A stretch of DNA of 29,403 nucleotides from the NCBI GenBank assembly GCA_002314555.1, contig DCGF01000098.1, positions 4,813 to 34,215 of the forward strand. The letters run 5' to 3'. How positions within the stretch are numbered: position 1 is the stretch's first letter; each line of letters opens with the position of its first letter. This DNA is from Ruminococcaceae bacterium UBA1785. GTDB taxonomy: Bacteria; Bacillota; Clostridia; Oscillospirales; Acutalibacteraceae. Both the position numbers and the translations under genes were made by a program. Under the pieces are notes generated by a model, which worked only from the letters and a program-made list of their open reading frames with translations, made no database searches and was not told the DNA's origin. Positions 15,721 through 25,279 of this stretch are shown piece after piece.

Positions 15721-16908
15721 ATGAAGAAACTAATCCTTAGAATAATCTATCTCATTTTAGTGCTTTCAATAGTTACTATTTTCATTGAAAGAATACCAAC
15801 AAAAGATGAGTCAATTGATCATACAAAATGGAAAACAAACTATACATATGTCTTCGTTCATGGCCTTTCAGGTTGGGGCAGTTATGACACAATAAACAAA
15901 TTCGTTCCATACTGGGGAATGTTTGGCGGAGATCTCATTAAGTATTTAAACAAACAGGACTTCAACTGTGCTGCAGCATCCGTCTCCCCTACACACAGTG
16001 CATGGGATAGAGCATGTGAACTCTATGCTCAACTTACTGGTACCAAGGTGGACTATGGTGAAGCCCATTCAAAAGAGATGGGACACGAGAGATATGGTGA
16101 AGACTACACCGGTCGTGCCTTAATTCAAAGCTTCAGTGAAGAAGACAAAATAAATCTTATAGGTCACAGTTTTGGTGGTGCAACAATACGCCTTTTTACA
16201 GAACTTATGGCAAATGGATGTGAAGAAGAAGTAAAAGCATCTGGTGATAATGTCTCTCCTCTTTTCACTGGTGGAAAAGCTAACTGGGTATACAGCATAA
16301 CAACACTTGCAGCACCAACAAATGGTACAACAGCATACTATACCGACAATGCAGTAGACCCAGAACCTACAACTGGAGTAAGCAAAAAGATCGAAGACAA
16401 ACTAGTAGACGCCCTCGGCAAAGCAACTACTGAAGATGAAGGCAGAAGTGAAAAAGACTATGCCTCATATGACATGCTAATAGACAATGCTTTAGAGCTT
16501 AATAAAAACATTGAAACACTTGAAAATGTCTACTATTTTTCAATTCCTTGTTGTTCAACAAAAGACAGTGGCAAAGGATATCAAAGTGTTAACAATGAAA
16601 TCACAGATATAATGTTTAGACTACCAGGAAGACTCATGGGTAACTTCACTTTCACCACAGACGGTGGATATGTTGTAGACGAAAAGTGGCTCCCTAACGA
16701 TGGTCTTGTAAACACATACTCTGCAAGGGCACCATTTGATGCTCCACAAAAAGACCTTGATAAGAAAAATATCGAAAAAGGAATATGGCAAATATTCCCA
16801 ACCTTTAGTGGAGACCATATGTCTATAACCGGTGGCCTTATGAAAACAGTAGATGTAAAAGACTACTATGTAGACTTTATGTGCATGATAAATGAGATTG
16901 AAGAATAA
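15721..16908 (+). CDS. Exported or membrane-anchored lipase, Geobacillus/Staphylococcus type (families I.5/I.6)
   Basis: N-terminal hydrophobic signal or anchor; VFVHGLSGWG, SAWDRACELYAQL.G.KVDYG..HS...GH.RYG, GHSFGG nucleophile elbow, NDGLVN, DH near the C-terminus; GGGAGG RBS. Confidence 0.9.
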   Translation: MKKLILRIIYLILVLSIVTIFIERIPTKDESIDHTKWKTNYTYVFVHGLSGWGSYDTINKFVPYWGMFGGDLIKYLNKQDFNCAAASVSPTHSAWDRACELYAQLTGTKVDYGEAHSKEMGHERYGEDYTGRALIQSFSEEDKINLIGHSFGGATIRLFTELMANGCEEEVKASGDNVSPLFTGGKANWVYSITTLAAPTNGTTAYYTDNAVDPEPTTGVSKKIEDKLVDALGKATTEDEGRSEKDYASYDMLIDNALELNKNIETLENVYYFSIPCCSTKDSGKGYQSVNNEITDIMFRLPGRLMGNFTFTTDGGYVVDEKWLPNDGLVNTYSARAPFDAPQKDLDKKNIEKGIWQIFPTFSGDHMSITGGLMKTVDVKDYYVDFMCMINEIEE

Positions 16909-16941
16909 AAAAGAAGACCAGGCATCGCCTGGTCTTTTCTT
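16906..16941. terminator. Bidirectional intrinsic terminator between lipase and DUF1653
   Basis: aagaccaggc (16914-16923) atc gcctggtctt (16927-16936), flanked by A-rich and T-rich tracts. Confidence 0.85.
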
Positions 16942-17171
16942 TATAATATCGTTTCTTCAAATCTATATTTTTGCTCAACATCTGGATACTTCTCATGATC
17001 TACTTCACTGAGGAACATATTAAGTGGTCTAACCCAAAGTGAGCCATCATCGTAAAGTTTTCTATACACAACGACCGTCTCTTCTGTCTCAGAATCTTTT
17101 GCAAGTTCTTCAACAAGATAGTAGTTGCCTTTAAAGTGTCTATATACACCATGTACTTTAATCTCTCTCAT
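16941..17171 (-). CDS. DUF1653 domain protein
   Basis: GVYRHFKGNYYLV...AKDSET.E.VVVYRKLY....LWVRP..MF.SEVD..KYP...QKYRFE signature. Confidence 0.9.
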   Translation of the reverse strand: MREIKVHGVYRHFKGNYYLVEELAKDSETEETVVVYRKLYDDGSLWVRPLNMFLSEVDHEKYPDVEQKYRFEETIL

Positions 17172-17620
17172 TACATTATCTCCTTGCTATCAAGAACAAT
17201 TGTAAATGGACCATCGTTTAGTAGTTCAACTTTCATGTCTGCACCAAAGCTTCCGCACTGTACGTTTGGAACTATTTTCTTGCACTCAGAAATAATATAC
17301 TCATACATTTCATTTGCAAAGTCTGGTGCACCAGCTTCTATAAATGAAGGTCTAAATCCCTTCTTACAATTCGCATAGAGAGTAAACTGAGAAACTAGGA
17401 GTAGAGCGCCATCAACTTGGTCAAGCGAGAGGTTAGTCTTACCCTCACTGTCCTCAAAGATTCTAAGACCAGTCATCTTATGAATCATCTTATCGGCAAT
17501 CTCTTTTGTATCAGTATCAGAGACACCGATTAAAACTAAGAATCCTTTTCCTATTTCACCAATTACCTTCTCATCAACAGTAACTGAAGCTTCTGTTACT
17601 CTTTGAATTACAAACTTCAT
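17171..17620 (-). CDS. dtd: D-aminoacyl-tRNA deacylase
   Basis: [37 protein letters not shown] (Gly-cisPro motif). Confidence 0.97.
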   Translation of the reverse strand: MKFVIQRVTEASVTVDEKVIGEIGKGFLVLIGVSDTDTKEIADKMIHKMTGLRIFEDSEGKTNLSLDQVDGALLLVSQFTLYANCKKGFRPSFIEAGAPDFANEMYEYIISECKKIVPNVQCGSFGADMKVELLNDGPFTIVLDSKEIM

Positions 17621-17623
17621 ATC

Positions 17624-18292
17624 CTACTCCTCTTCTTTCTTTGGAAGAGCCGAATATAAAACTTTAAAGAAACTGAGAAGTGTTGAAGAAATAAGTAAGC
17701 CTGCGGCGATATCAGTTACCCAGTGAATGCCACAGAAGAGGCGGCAAATCACTGTGCCAGCAAAGATTAAAATGCATACTACTTTAAGTGCTAAGAGGAA
17801 CTTCTTATTCTTAACATATGTTGGAAGCGCTACAAAAATAGCTCCCATAACTGTGGACGCCATAAGAACATGTGAAGATGGGAATGAAGCTTCTGGTTCT
17901 ATCTTACCAGGTTCAATTATAGGTCTAAAGTTTAAAGCAACTTCATTAAAGAGTACATAGAGAATAAATATTAGGAGGAAGATTCCACCAAGTAGAAGAA
18001 TCTCGTTATCCACGCCTTTTAATCCTCTATACTTAATGAGCTGGTAGAGTCCTTGGCAGGCAAAGATTACTACGCCTAAAATTGAAAGATATCCAAGATA
18101 GTCGGATATTTTATAGAGAGTCTCATTAAATCCAAACTTTGATGCAAACGCGCCATTAATCCCAGCAAAACCTACAGATGTACCATTTGGGCCAATAGCC
18201 TGTACGTCATAAGTTAAGAATAATACACAAAAAACTAGGGAAATCACCAAGACAATGATTGGTGCAACAAAGCTCTTTAAAGATAGTTTCAT
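17624..18292 (-). CDS. PAP2-family membrane phosphatase (candidate undecaprenyl-pyrophosphate or lipid phosphatase)
   Basis: Multiple TM segments; C1 ...NFRP, C2 FPSSH, C3 CRLFCGIHWVTD. Confidence 0.85.
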   Translation of the reverse strand: MKLSLKSFVAPIIVLVISLVFCVLFLTYDVQAIGPNGTSVGFAGINGAFASKFGFNETLYKISDYLGYLSILGVVIFACQGLYQLIKYRGLKGVDNEILLLGGIFLLIFILYVLFNEVALNFRPIIEPGKIEPEASFPSSHVLMASTVMGAIFVALPTYVKNKKFLLALKVVCILIFAGTVICRLFCGIHWVTDIAAGLLISSTLLSFFKVLYSALPKKEEE

Positions 18293-18330
18293 TTCTTTTC
18301 TTCTTTCTATTAAAAATCTCTTCGATTATA

Positions 18331-20799
18331 TCATGATTTTATAGGAAGTGCGATGGTAACTTTAAAGAGATCACCATCAACTTCTATCTCAAAACGTCCG
18401 CCTTGAATCTCAGTCAATGATTTAGCGATAGAGAGACCGAGTCCTGAGCCCTCTGTATTTCTAGAATCATCACCTTGGACAAAACGTTCTGTAAGACGAT
18501 CAACATCAAAGTTCATCTCATCACGTGATACGTTCTTCATAGAGAGGTAAGCAAAACCATCTTTCTCAATTAAGTCTAAGTAAACACGAGTTTTTGGCAT
18601 TGCATACTTCTTAACATTGGAGAAGAGATTCTCGATAATGCGGTAAGTCTTTTGACCATCTACATTTACATATAGAGGTTCTTCTGGAAGGTTAAGTTTT
18701 AATTCTAAACCTTCTTCAGATAATATGTCCTCATATTCGCCATATATTTGATCTGTTAGCTCGTTTAAGTTAATAGTAACAATATTAAGAGTCACATTAC
18801 CACTTGAAGCTTTCGCTGCCTCAACAAGGTCCTCAACGAGTTTTTTAAGACGCTGTGATTTTTCTTCAAGAACATTTATATATTCGTTTGCAGTAGAATC
18901 CTCAATGTCGCACTGCTTTAAGAGATCTGTGTATGTGATGATACTTGTAAGCGGAGTCTTTAGGTCGTGTGAGACATTTGTAATGAGTTCTGTCTTCATG
19001 CGTTCAGACTTTAAGGCATCTTCAAGGGCAATGTTAAGACCACTCGTAAGGTCATTAACGCTCTCACCCATCGCTTGAAGTGCAACAGGCATAGCATCTA
19101 CATCAACCGAGAAATCATAGTCGCCCTTCTCAGCTTTTGTAAGTGCTGATGAGATAGCGTCAAGTCCTGTCGCAAGCTTTCTTACATAGAGGAAAGCAAA
19201 TACAGAAATAATAATATCAATTGGGATTCCGAAGAAAGGAATAGCACTGCAAATTGCCATTACTACGACATATGCAGCAAACGCTAAGAAAACATTCTTC
19301 TTTATATCCTCATGCGTCATACCATCGATGCCGGAGTTTACCCATTTTTTAAATGTGCCCCAGTTTTTAATGATGAGCATATAAATTAAAGTGTTCTTCC
19401 AGAACATCTTATTCTTTGACTGGCGCGATGTAGATGTGAGCCATTCATCAAAGAATAAAATTGAAGGAGCTGAGAAAAGAACTACACCCATATTTGGTTT
19501 AAGCACCCAGTTCGTTACGCCTTCCATATAGATGAACATTGGCACTACAGCAAAACTGATAATAAAGCTCCAAGAAATAAGGAAATGAATGCTATTTGGT
19601 ACTTTATCAATCTTTTGAAGTTTTACTGTGTTGTCCTCATTTCTTTCTCCAGAAAAGATTGAAAGAAGAACAAGAGAAAGTAGTAAAACTAATAATGAGC
19701 AGATAAAGATTATTCTATTTTGATTTAAATTTTGGGCTTGGTACTGCCAGTCTTTATATATCTCCGTAAATACATCTTCAGGATTGTCATCAACATCAGT
19801 TGTATCTACATAAATAACCATGTCATACTGATCAGGGTCAAGTTTTCCAAAACAGTACTCAAATTTACCAGAGTCGTCTGAAACAAAATAGATGTTATTA
19901 TCTCCATCACGATACCAAGTTGAGCCGTTGTTACCCGAGAGGGTTTTATCTAAAAGTTCGCTTGTTTCAAAGTCACCTGAAATAATACTAGCAAAGTACT
20001 CCGTATCTGTCTGATACTCGTTCTTTGCCTCAGTAACTGTCTTTACTCCATCCATATTTGTATAGTAAAGACCGGTATATCTATTAACAAGGAAATATTT
20101 ATAGTTATTTAAATTTGAGAGTTCCTCTTTTAGCTCAAGAAAAGTGGATTTATATCTAGCCTTTTGAGTGGCTATATCCTGCTTCATAGCGAGTTCATTC
20201 TCACTCTTAATACTGTCCTCATCCACCTCAGCATACTTAAGAGGAAATCCCTTATAGTAATAACCATTGGTCTTCTTTGTTAGACCAAAAACATTATATT
20301 CACCAAGTGTAATATATCTCTCGTCCGCATTGATTTGGTCGTCAGATGAGAAATCGATTATAAGAGCTTGATTATAAAAGTCTGGATAAGTATAAAGCTT
20401 TTTATCCTCATCATAGTAATACTGTGATTCAACCCAGTTCTTTGCCTCTTCAAGTAACTGTGCCTGTAGATTCCCCTCATAGGTATCTCTAAGCGCAGCC
20501 TCTTTTAAGAGCCAACCTTCGCCAGACTCAACATATTCATCGCTCTTATATTCAGATGCTATTTTTCTAGCATTGCCTGTCTCTTGGCGAATCTTTCTAG
20601 CATATTCAGAAGTACCATTTGAAAGAACAGTTTCGGAGACGCTCAAGTTCCAAATACCCTGTTCATTCCAGTTGTTCATATAGAAACTAAAAAGGAGCTG
20701 GCCATAGTAATAAGTGCCTATAAAAGCAGCTACAGATAGAATAACAAGAAGAAACTTTACAAGCTTCAAGCTATGATTCTTTGTCGATTTTGTAGCCAA
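18331..20799 (-). CDS. Sensor histidine kinase with large extracytoplasmic domain
   Basis: TM1 near residues 12-39, about 320-aa external domain, several more TMs, H-box ELITNVSHDLKTPL, N-box IIENLFSNVKKYA, G boxes RFVQGD and GSGLGLSIA. Confidence 0.95.
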   Translation of the reverse strand: MATKSTKNHSLKLVKFLLVILSVAAFIGTYYYGQLLFSFYMNNWNEQGIWNLSVSETVLSNGTSEYARKIRQETGNARKIASEYKSDEYVESGEGWLLKEAALRDTYEGNLQAQLLEEAKNWVESQYYYDEDKKLYTYPDFYNQALIIDFSSDDQINADERYITLGEYNVFGLTKKTNGYYYKGFPLKYAEVDEDSIKSENELAMKQDIATQKARYKSTFLELKEELSNLNNYKYFLVNRYTGLYYTNMDGVKTVTEAKNEYQTDTEYFASIISGDFETSELLDKTLSGNNGSTWYRDGDNNIYFVSDDSGKFEYCFGKLDPDQYDMVIYVDTTDVDDNPEDVFTEIYKDWQYQAQNLNQNRIIFICSLLVLLLSLVLLSIFSGERNEDNTVKLQKIDKVPNSIHFLISWSFIISFAVVPMFIYMEGVTNWVLKPNMGVVLFSAPSILFFDEWLTSTSRQSKNKMFWKNTLIYMLIIKNWGTFKKWVNSGIDGMTHEDIKKNVFLAFAAYVVVMAICSAIPFFGIPIDIIISVFAFLYVRKLATGLDAISSALTKAEKGDYDFSVDVDAMPVALQAMGESVNDLTSGLNIALEDALKSERMKTELITNVSHDLKTPLTSIITYTDLLKQCDIEDSTANEYINVLEEKSQRLKKLVEDLVEAAKASSGNVTLNIVTINLNELTDQIYGEYEDILSEEGLELKLNLPEEPLYVNVDGQKTYRIIENLFSNVKKYAMPKTRVYLDLIEKDGFAYLSMKNVSRDEMNFDVDRLTERFVQGDDSRNTEGSGLGLSIAKSLTEIQGGRFEIEVDGDLFKVTIALPIKS

Positions 20800-21463
20800 T
20801 ACCCCACACCACCTTTATATATTTTGGATCTTTAGGATTGATTTCGATTTTTTCACGAATTCTTCTAATATGCACGGTTACAGTTTTTTCTGTGGAGAAA
20901 GCCTCCTCATTCCATACTGCCTCGTAAATCTGATTTGTAGAGAGTACGTGGCCCATGTTTTCCATAAGGTAGAGGAGAATCTTATATTCTGTTGCAGTAA
21001 CTTTTATTGGTTCACCATCAACAGTAACAGTCTTAGCCTCTGTGTCGAGTTCAAGTCCACCAGATTTTAAAATAGTGTCCTTAATATCAAGACTACCGAG
21101 GCTTGTATATCTTCTTATCTGAGATTTTACACGTGCTACAAGTTCAAGCGGATTAAAAGGTTTAGTTACATAGTCATCAGCGCCAAAAGAGAGACCTGCT
21201 ATCTTATCTGTGTCCTCTGATTTTGCCGAGAGTAAGATAATAGGGATATTCTTATTTTGACGCAATTTAGATGTCGCAGTCATGCCGTCCATCTCGGGCA
21301 TCATGATATCCATAATGATGCAATGAAGGTCGGTGTTCTCAGCAACAGTTAACGCTTCAATGCCGTTAGATGCTGAATAAACTTTATAGCCCTCATTCTC
21401 AAGATAGATGCTAATCGAATCAACTATAGCTTTGTCATCGTCACAAACAAGTATGTTATACAT
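20771..21463 (-). CDS. OmpR/PhoB-family response regulator
   Basis: ILVCDDD, MDIMMPEMDG, LLSAK, GADDYVTKPF, winged helix TVTVHIRRIREKIE...VWGIGYK. Start at ATG 21463 (GGAGG RBS); overlaps the kinase start. Confidence 0.95.
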   Translation of the reverse strand: MYNILVCDDDKAIVDSISIYLENEGYKVYSASNGIEALTVAENTDLHCIIMDIMMPEMDGMTATSKLRQNKNIPIILLSAKSEDTDKIAGLSFGADDYVTKPFNPLELVARVKSQIRRYTSLGSLDIKDTILKSGGLELDTEAKTVTVDGEPIKVTATEYKILLYLMENMGHVLSTNQIYEAVWNEEAFSTEKTVTVHIRRIREKIEINPKDPKYIKVVWGIGYKIDKES

Positions 21464-21479
21464 TTCATTTTCCTCCACA

Positions 21480-21517
21480 AAAATAAAAGTCCTTGCGACT
21501 ATTATAGTACAAGGACT
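21480..21517 (-). terminator. Probable terminator of the bceABRS transcript, with the -10 of the next promoter in its loop
   Basis: agtccttg (21488-21495) / caaggact (21510-21517) inverted repeat followed on the minus strand by TTTATTTTT; TATAAT at 21506-21501 inside, TTGTTG 17 nt upstream (21529-21524). Confidence 0.55.
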
Positions 21518-21565
21518 CTAAAACAACAAATATAAGGTAATGTTACAAATTTATTACTTTTAATA

Positions 21566-22558
21566 CTAATCACGGGTGTCAAGGTTCTCTCTATCAAATT
21601 TAATTGTGACTGTAGTTCCCAAAGAGACCTCGGATTCAATAGTAATCCCGTGTCCAATTTTCTTCAATACTTCGTGGCAGAGATATAGACCGATACCTGT
21701 AGCCTTCTTATCCTCTCTACCGTTATATCCAGTAAAACCTCTTTCAAATACGCGAGGGAGATCCTCTTCTCTGATACCAATTCCCGTGTCACTGATAAAA
21801 ATACTATTATCAGTAGCCCTTTTTATAGTAATAGTTCCACCTGGATTTGTATATTTAAGAGAATTTGAAAGTATTTGTTCTATAGCAAACTGAAGCCATT
21901 TTTCATCTGTCAAAGTCTCTATCTCACACGCCTCATACTTTAAGGAGATTTTCTTTGCTATGAAGAGCTTTGAGTTTTTCTTTAAAGCAGCTTTTATTAT
22001 CTTATCAACGCCCACTCTACTGATAGCCAAGTCGTTTGAGTTTGAATCAAGTTTTAAAAACGTTAAAACCATATCCACATATTGCTCAATTCTTAAAAGC
22101 TCAAGCTCTAGGTCATTAGTATCCTCCTCAGAGGTTTGAAGAAGCAGGCGCATAGCTTGGATAGGTGTCTTAATTTGATGAGCCCAAATTGTGTAGTAAT
22201 CAACCAAATCTTTGTAGCGATATGATATCTCATAATCGCTCTCCTGCTTTGCACGCCAAAGGATTTTAAGGAGTTCTGTATAGTCGTTTGTCACCATATC
22301 CTTAGGCTCAGGAAGTCCGTCTATCCCAATGCTAATCTTAGTTTTTAGGTTTTCAAGTGACTGTGTAAAGCTTTTAAACTTTACAAAATCAAATACTCCG
22401 ATAAAAATAACGAAAACTGAGCATAGAAGAATGGAATAAAGAATGGCATCCAAAGGGTAATCATAAAGCCAATTTAAGACAAGAAAGCATAAGGCACAAA
22501 GCACCATCAAGATAATTGTTGGTGCTTTCATTTTTAAGTATCCTTTTAGTGCCTTCAT
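21566..22558 (-). CDS. BceS-like intramembrane-sensing histidine kinase
   Basis: Two N-terminal TMs with a very short loop, WAHQIKTPI H-box, QILSNSLKY, DTGIGI, GFTGYNGR...ATGIGLYL. Confidence 0.92.
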   Translation of the reverse strand: MKALKGYLKMKAPTIILMVLCALCFLVLNWLYDYPLDAILYSILLCSVFVIFIGVFDFVKFKSFTQSLENLKTKISIGIDGLPEPKDMVTNDYTELLKILWRAKQESDYEISYRYKDLVDYYTIWAHQIKTPIQAMRLLLQTSEEDTNDLELELLRIEQYVDMVLTFLKLDSNSNDLAISRVGVDKIIKAALKKNSKLFIAKKISLKYEACEIETLTDEKWLQFAIEQILSNSLKYTNPGGTITIKRATDNSIFISDTGIGIREEDLPRVFERGFTGYNGREDKKATGIGLYLCHEVLKKIGHGITIESEVSLGTTVTIKFDRENLDTRD

Positions 22559-22573
22559 AGTGGCTCCCCCAAA

Positions 22574-23275
22574 CTATTCAACTATATATCCTACTCCCTT
22601 TTTCGTGGTGATATAGTCGTAGAGTCCAACCACATCAAGTTTCTTTCTAATACGAGTCATGTTGACGGAGAGTGTATTCTCATCAACAAACTCTTCACTA
22701 TCCCAGAGATGCTCCATTATAGCATCTCTTTTCACAATCCTGCCTATATTTTCCATAAGCATCTGAAGAATCTTAAACTCATTCTTAGTCAAATCAATCG
22801 CATGGCCATCAAATGTGATACTTTGGTTATCAAGATTTAGAAGAAGACCCTTATGTGATATAAGGTGAGTATCTGTTCCAAAGTCATATGTGCGACGAAG
22901 CATAGCCTGAACCTTTGCCATCAATACGTTCATATCAAAAGGTTTTGCTATAAAGTCATCGGCACCCATACTCATAGCCATAACAATATTCATATTATCA
23001 GATGCAGATGAGATAAAGATAACAGGTACTTTAGAAACCTTTCTTATCTCACCGCACCAGTAGTATCCATTAAAGAACGGAAGTGTGATGTCCATAAGGA
23101 CGAGTTGTGGCTCAAAAGCCACAAACTCATCCATAATATTTGAAAAATCATTTGCGAGGCATACGTCACAGCCCCATGCTTCAAGACCCTTTTTTATACT
23201 AGCTGCGATAGAATTATCATCCTCAACAATGAAGATTTTATATTTTGCACCATCGTGAAAAAGATTAACCTGCAT
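22574..23275 (-). CDS. BceR-like response regulator
   Basis: IFIVEDD, MDITLPFFNGYYWC.EIRK.SKVPVIFISS, GADDFIAKPF, NTLSVNMTRIRKKL. Confidence 0.93.
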   Translation of the reverse strand: MQVNLFHDGAKYKIFIVEDDNSIAASIKKGLEAWGCDVCLANDFSNIMDEFVAFEPQLVLMDITLPFFNGYYWCGEIRKVSKVPVIFISSASDNMNIVMAMSMGADDFIAKPFDMNVLMAKVQAMLRRTYDFGTDTHLISHKGLLLNLDNQSITFDGHAIDLTKNEFKILQMLMENIGRIVKRDAIMEHLWDSEEFVDENTLSVNMTRIRKKLDVVGLYDYITTKKGVGYIVE

Positions 23276-23290
23276 ATGATCCTCCTGTTT

Positions 23291-25279
23291 TTAGTTTACT
23301 ATTCTATAATAAGTCTTCGATGTGAAACTGTAAACTATTGCATAAATCACTGCATATATCAGACAGGTAATACCACAGCAAATTATAACAAGTTTAACGT
23401 TTGTGATTGCAAAAGCAGAGAGAAGCTTAGCGAGAATTGGAAGCGCAAATCCCATATGAAGGAATGCCACAAGGAGTGGTAAGAAGAAAAGGATTAAGAC
23501 CTGACCACTAATGGTCTTCTTTACTTCTGATTTATCCATACCTACATTTTGCATTATTTCAAAGTTTCTTCTGTCGTCATAGCCTTCAACTATCTGCTTA
23601 TAGTACATAATAAGTACAGTGGCCATAAGGAAGAGCACACCAAGAAATACACCGAGGAACAAGAAACTTCCTGTAAACTCTGCGAAATCTTTAGCTGAAT
23701 CTTGACGTAAATCTAAAGAGATTCTAGACGCGTTCTCACCATCAACAATTTTTACTATCTCTTTTTCATATTTATCATAGAACTTATACTCATCCTCGGC
23801 GCTACAGTCTAAGTCAAACTCAACTGTAAGACTTGGAATTGATGGTAGAAGCCCCGCTGCATTTGTATATGCTTTTGTTTGAAGCTCATTAATAGTGTTA
23901 TATGTCTCTTCATCTGGGACAATTATTGCGCAGGAATCAGTTGACATAACTGACATCTGACCCTTTGGCTTTGAGAGATTTAAGTTAATTACCTCAAAGT
24001 CTTTCCCAAGAAAATTGATAGTATCTAGAACTTCATAAGTAGAAGCAGCGACATATAAAACACCAGGTTTTAAACCTTCCGGTACTTTAATCTCATATAA
24101 ATTTTCAAAGTCCTCTGGTCTATAGAATTCCATGGTTGAAAAGTTAATGCCATTAGCAACTTCATACACGCCATCTTTTGCTGACATAGTAACCTCGAGG
24201 GTTTTATATTCTCTATAGTTCTCAATTCCTATTCCAGTTTCCTTTGATACATTTTGTGCCACGTTCTTTACTTGAGACTTTAGATCATCGTCATTAACAT
24301 CATAGAATGTTGATACTACTTCATGGCCAAAACGAGTATTAATAATATCGGATGCACCGGCATAGAGTGATACTGTTGTTCCTATCATTACTATAACCAT
24401 AGTTGAGAGGATGCAGATATTTGCAAGTCCAACACCGTTTTGCTTCATTCTAAAAAGCATGCCTGAAATGGACGAAAAATGGCGAGGCTTATAGTAATAG
24501 TCTTTATTATTCTTAAGAAGTTTTAAAAGCGCAATAGTTCCCGACATGAAAAGGCAGTATGTGCCAACAATTACTAGCATTACTGCTACAAAGAAAAGTA
24601 TTATTGCGTGATATGCATCAGCACATGTTACAGAGATCAAATATCCTGATACTACACAAACTATACCAAAAACAGAAATAATCCATCTAGCTTTCGGTTC
24701 CTTCTCGCCTCTTCTCTCACTAGAAAGAAGTTCAATAGGTTTAACCTTTAATACTTCAATTATATTTTTAATTAGTATCGCTAAATATATTAGGGCAAAG
24801 AGACATACCGTGTTTGTAACCGCAGGTAATGAGAATTCAAATACTAAAGGAGTAACAAAATCAACTATCTTATTTAGTAGTAAGAAAAGCAACTTATTTG
24901 TTAAAACACCAAATCCTATACCAAAGACTAATGAGATGACAGCTATAATTACTGTTTCTATCACAATAAGAGCTGTGATGTGTCTCTTTTCCATACCTAA
25001 GATATTAAAGAGACCGAACTCAGTCTTTCGTCTTCTGATCAGGAAGCTGTTCGTATAGAAAAGAAAGATTGCACTAAAGAGTAAAACTATTGGAAGTCCA
25101 AAGCCCATAAGTTGTCTAAAGCTTGCGCTCTTTGGAAGGTTAGAGTTATTTACAAAACTCTGAAGAGTATAGAACATCGTAATAGTAATAAACGATGTCA
25201 AGATATAAGGCACGTAAAACTTTGCGTTCTTCACGATATTGGTCCAGGCCATCTTAAAGTAAAAGAATAACTTACTCAA
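23291..25279 (-). CDS. BceB-like ABC transporter permease (FtsX-type, peptide antibiotic resistance)
   Basis: YTNSFLIRRRKTEFGLFNILGMEK, RMKQNGVGLANICILST, large extracellular loop, YYKQIVEG.DDRRNFEIMQNVGM. TTG start at 25279 overlaps the ATPase end. Confidence 0.93.
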   Translation of the reverse strand: MSKLFFYFKMAWTNIVKNAKFYVPYILTSFITITMFYTLQSFVNNSNLPKSASFRQLMGFGLPIVLLFSAIFLFYTNSFLIRRRKTEFGLFNILGMEKRHITALIVIETVIIAVISLVFGIGFGVLTNKLLFLLLNKIVDFVTPLVFEFSLPAVTNTVCLFALIYLAILIKNIIEVLKVKPIELLSSERRGEKEPKARWIISVFGIVCVVSGYLISVTCADAYHAIILFFVAVMLVIVGTYCLFMSGTIALLKLLKNNKDYYYKPRHFSSISGMLFRMKQNGVGLANICILSTMVIVMIGTTVSLYAGASDIINTRFGHEVVSTFYDVNDDDLKSQVKNVAQNVSKETGIGIENYREYKTLEVTMSAKDGVYEVANGINFSTMEFYRPEDFENLYEIKVPEGLKPGVLYVAASTYEVLDTINFLGKDFEVINLNLSKPKGQMSVMSTDSCAIIVPDEETYNTINELQTKAYTNAAGLLPSIPSLTVEFDLDCSAEDEYKFYDKYEKEIVKIVDGENASRISLDLRQDSAKDFAEFTGSFLFLGVFLGVLFLMATVLIMYYKQIVEGYDDRRNFEIMQNVGMDKSEVKKTISGQVLILFFLPLLVAFLHMGFALPILAKLLSAFAITNVKLVIICCGITCLIYAVIYAIVYSFTSKTYYRIVN

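Noticed and set aside
18006-18014. DnaA-box-like TTATCCACG
   Set aside because: Single imperfect match inside the PAP2 coding sequence; no cluster or origin context.
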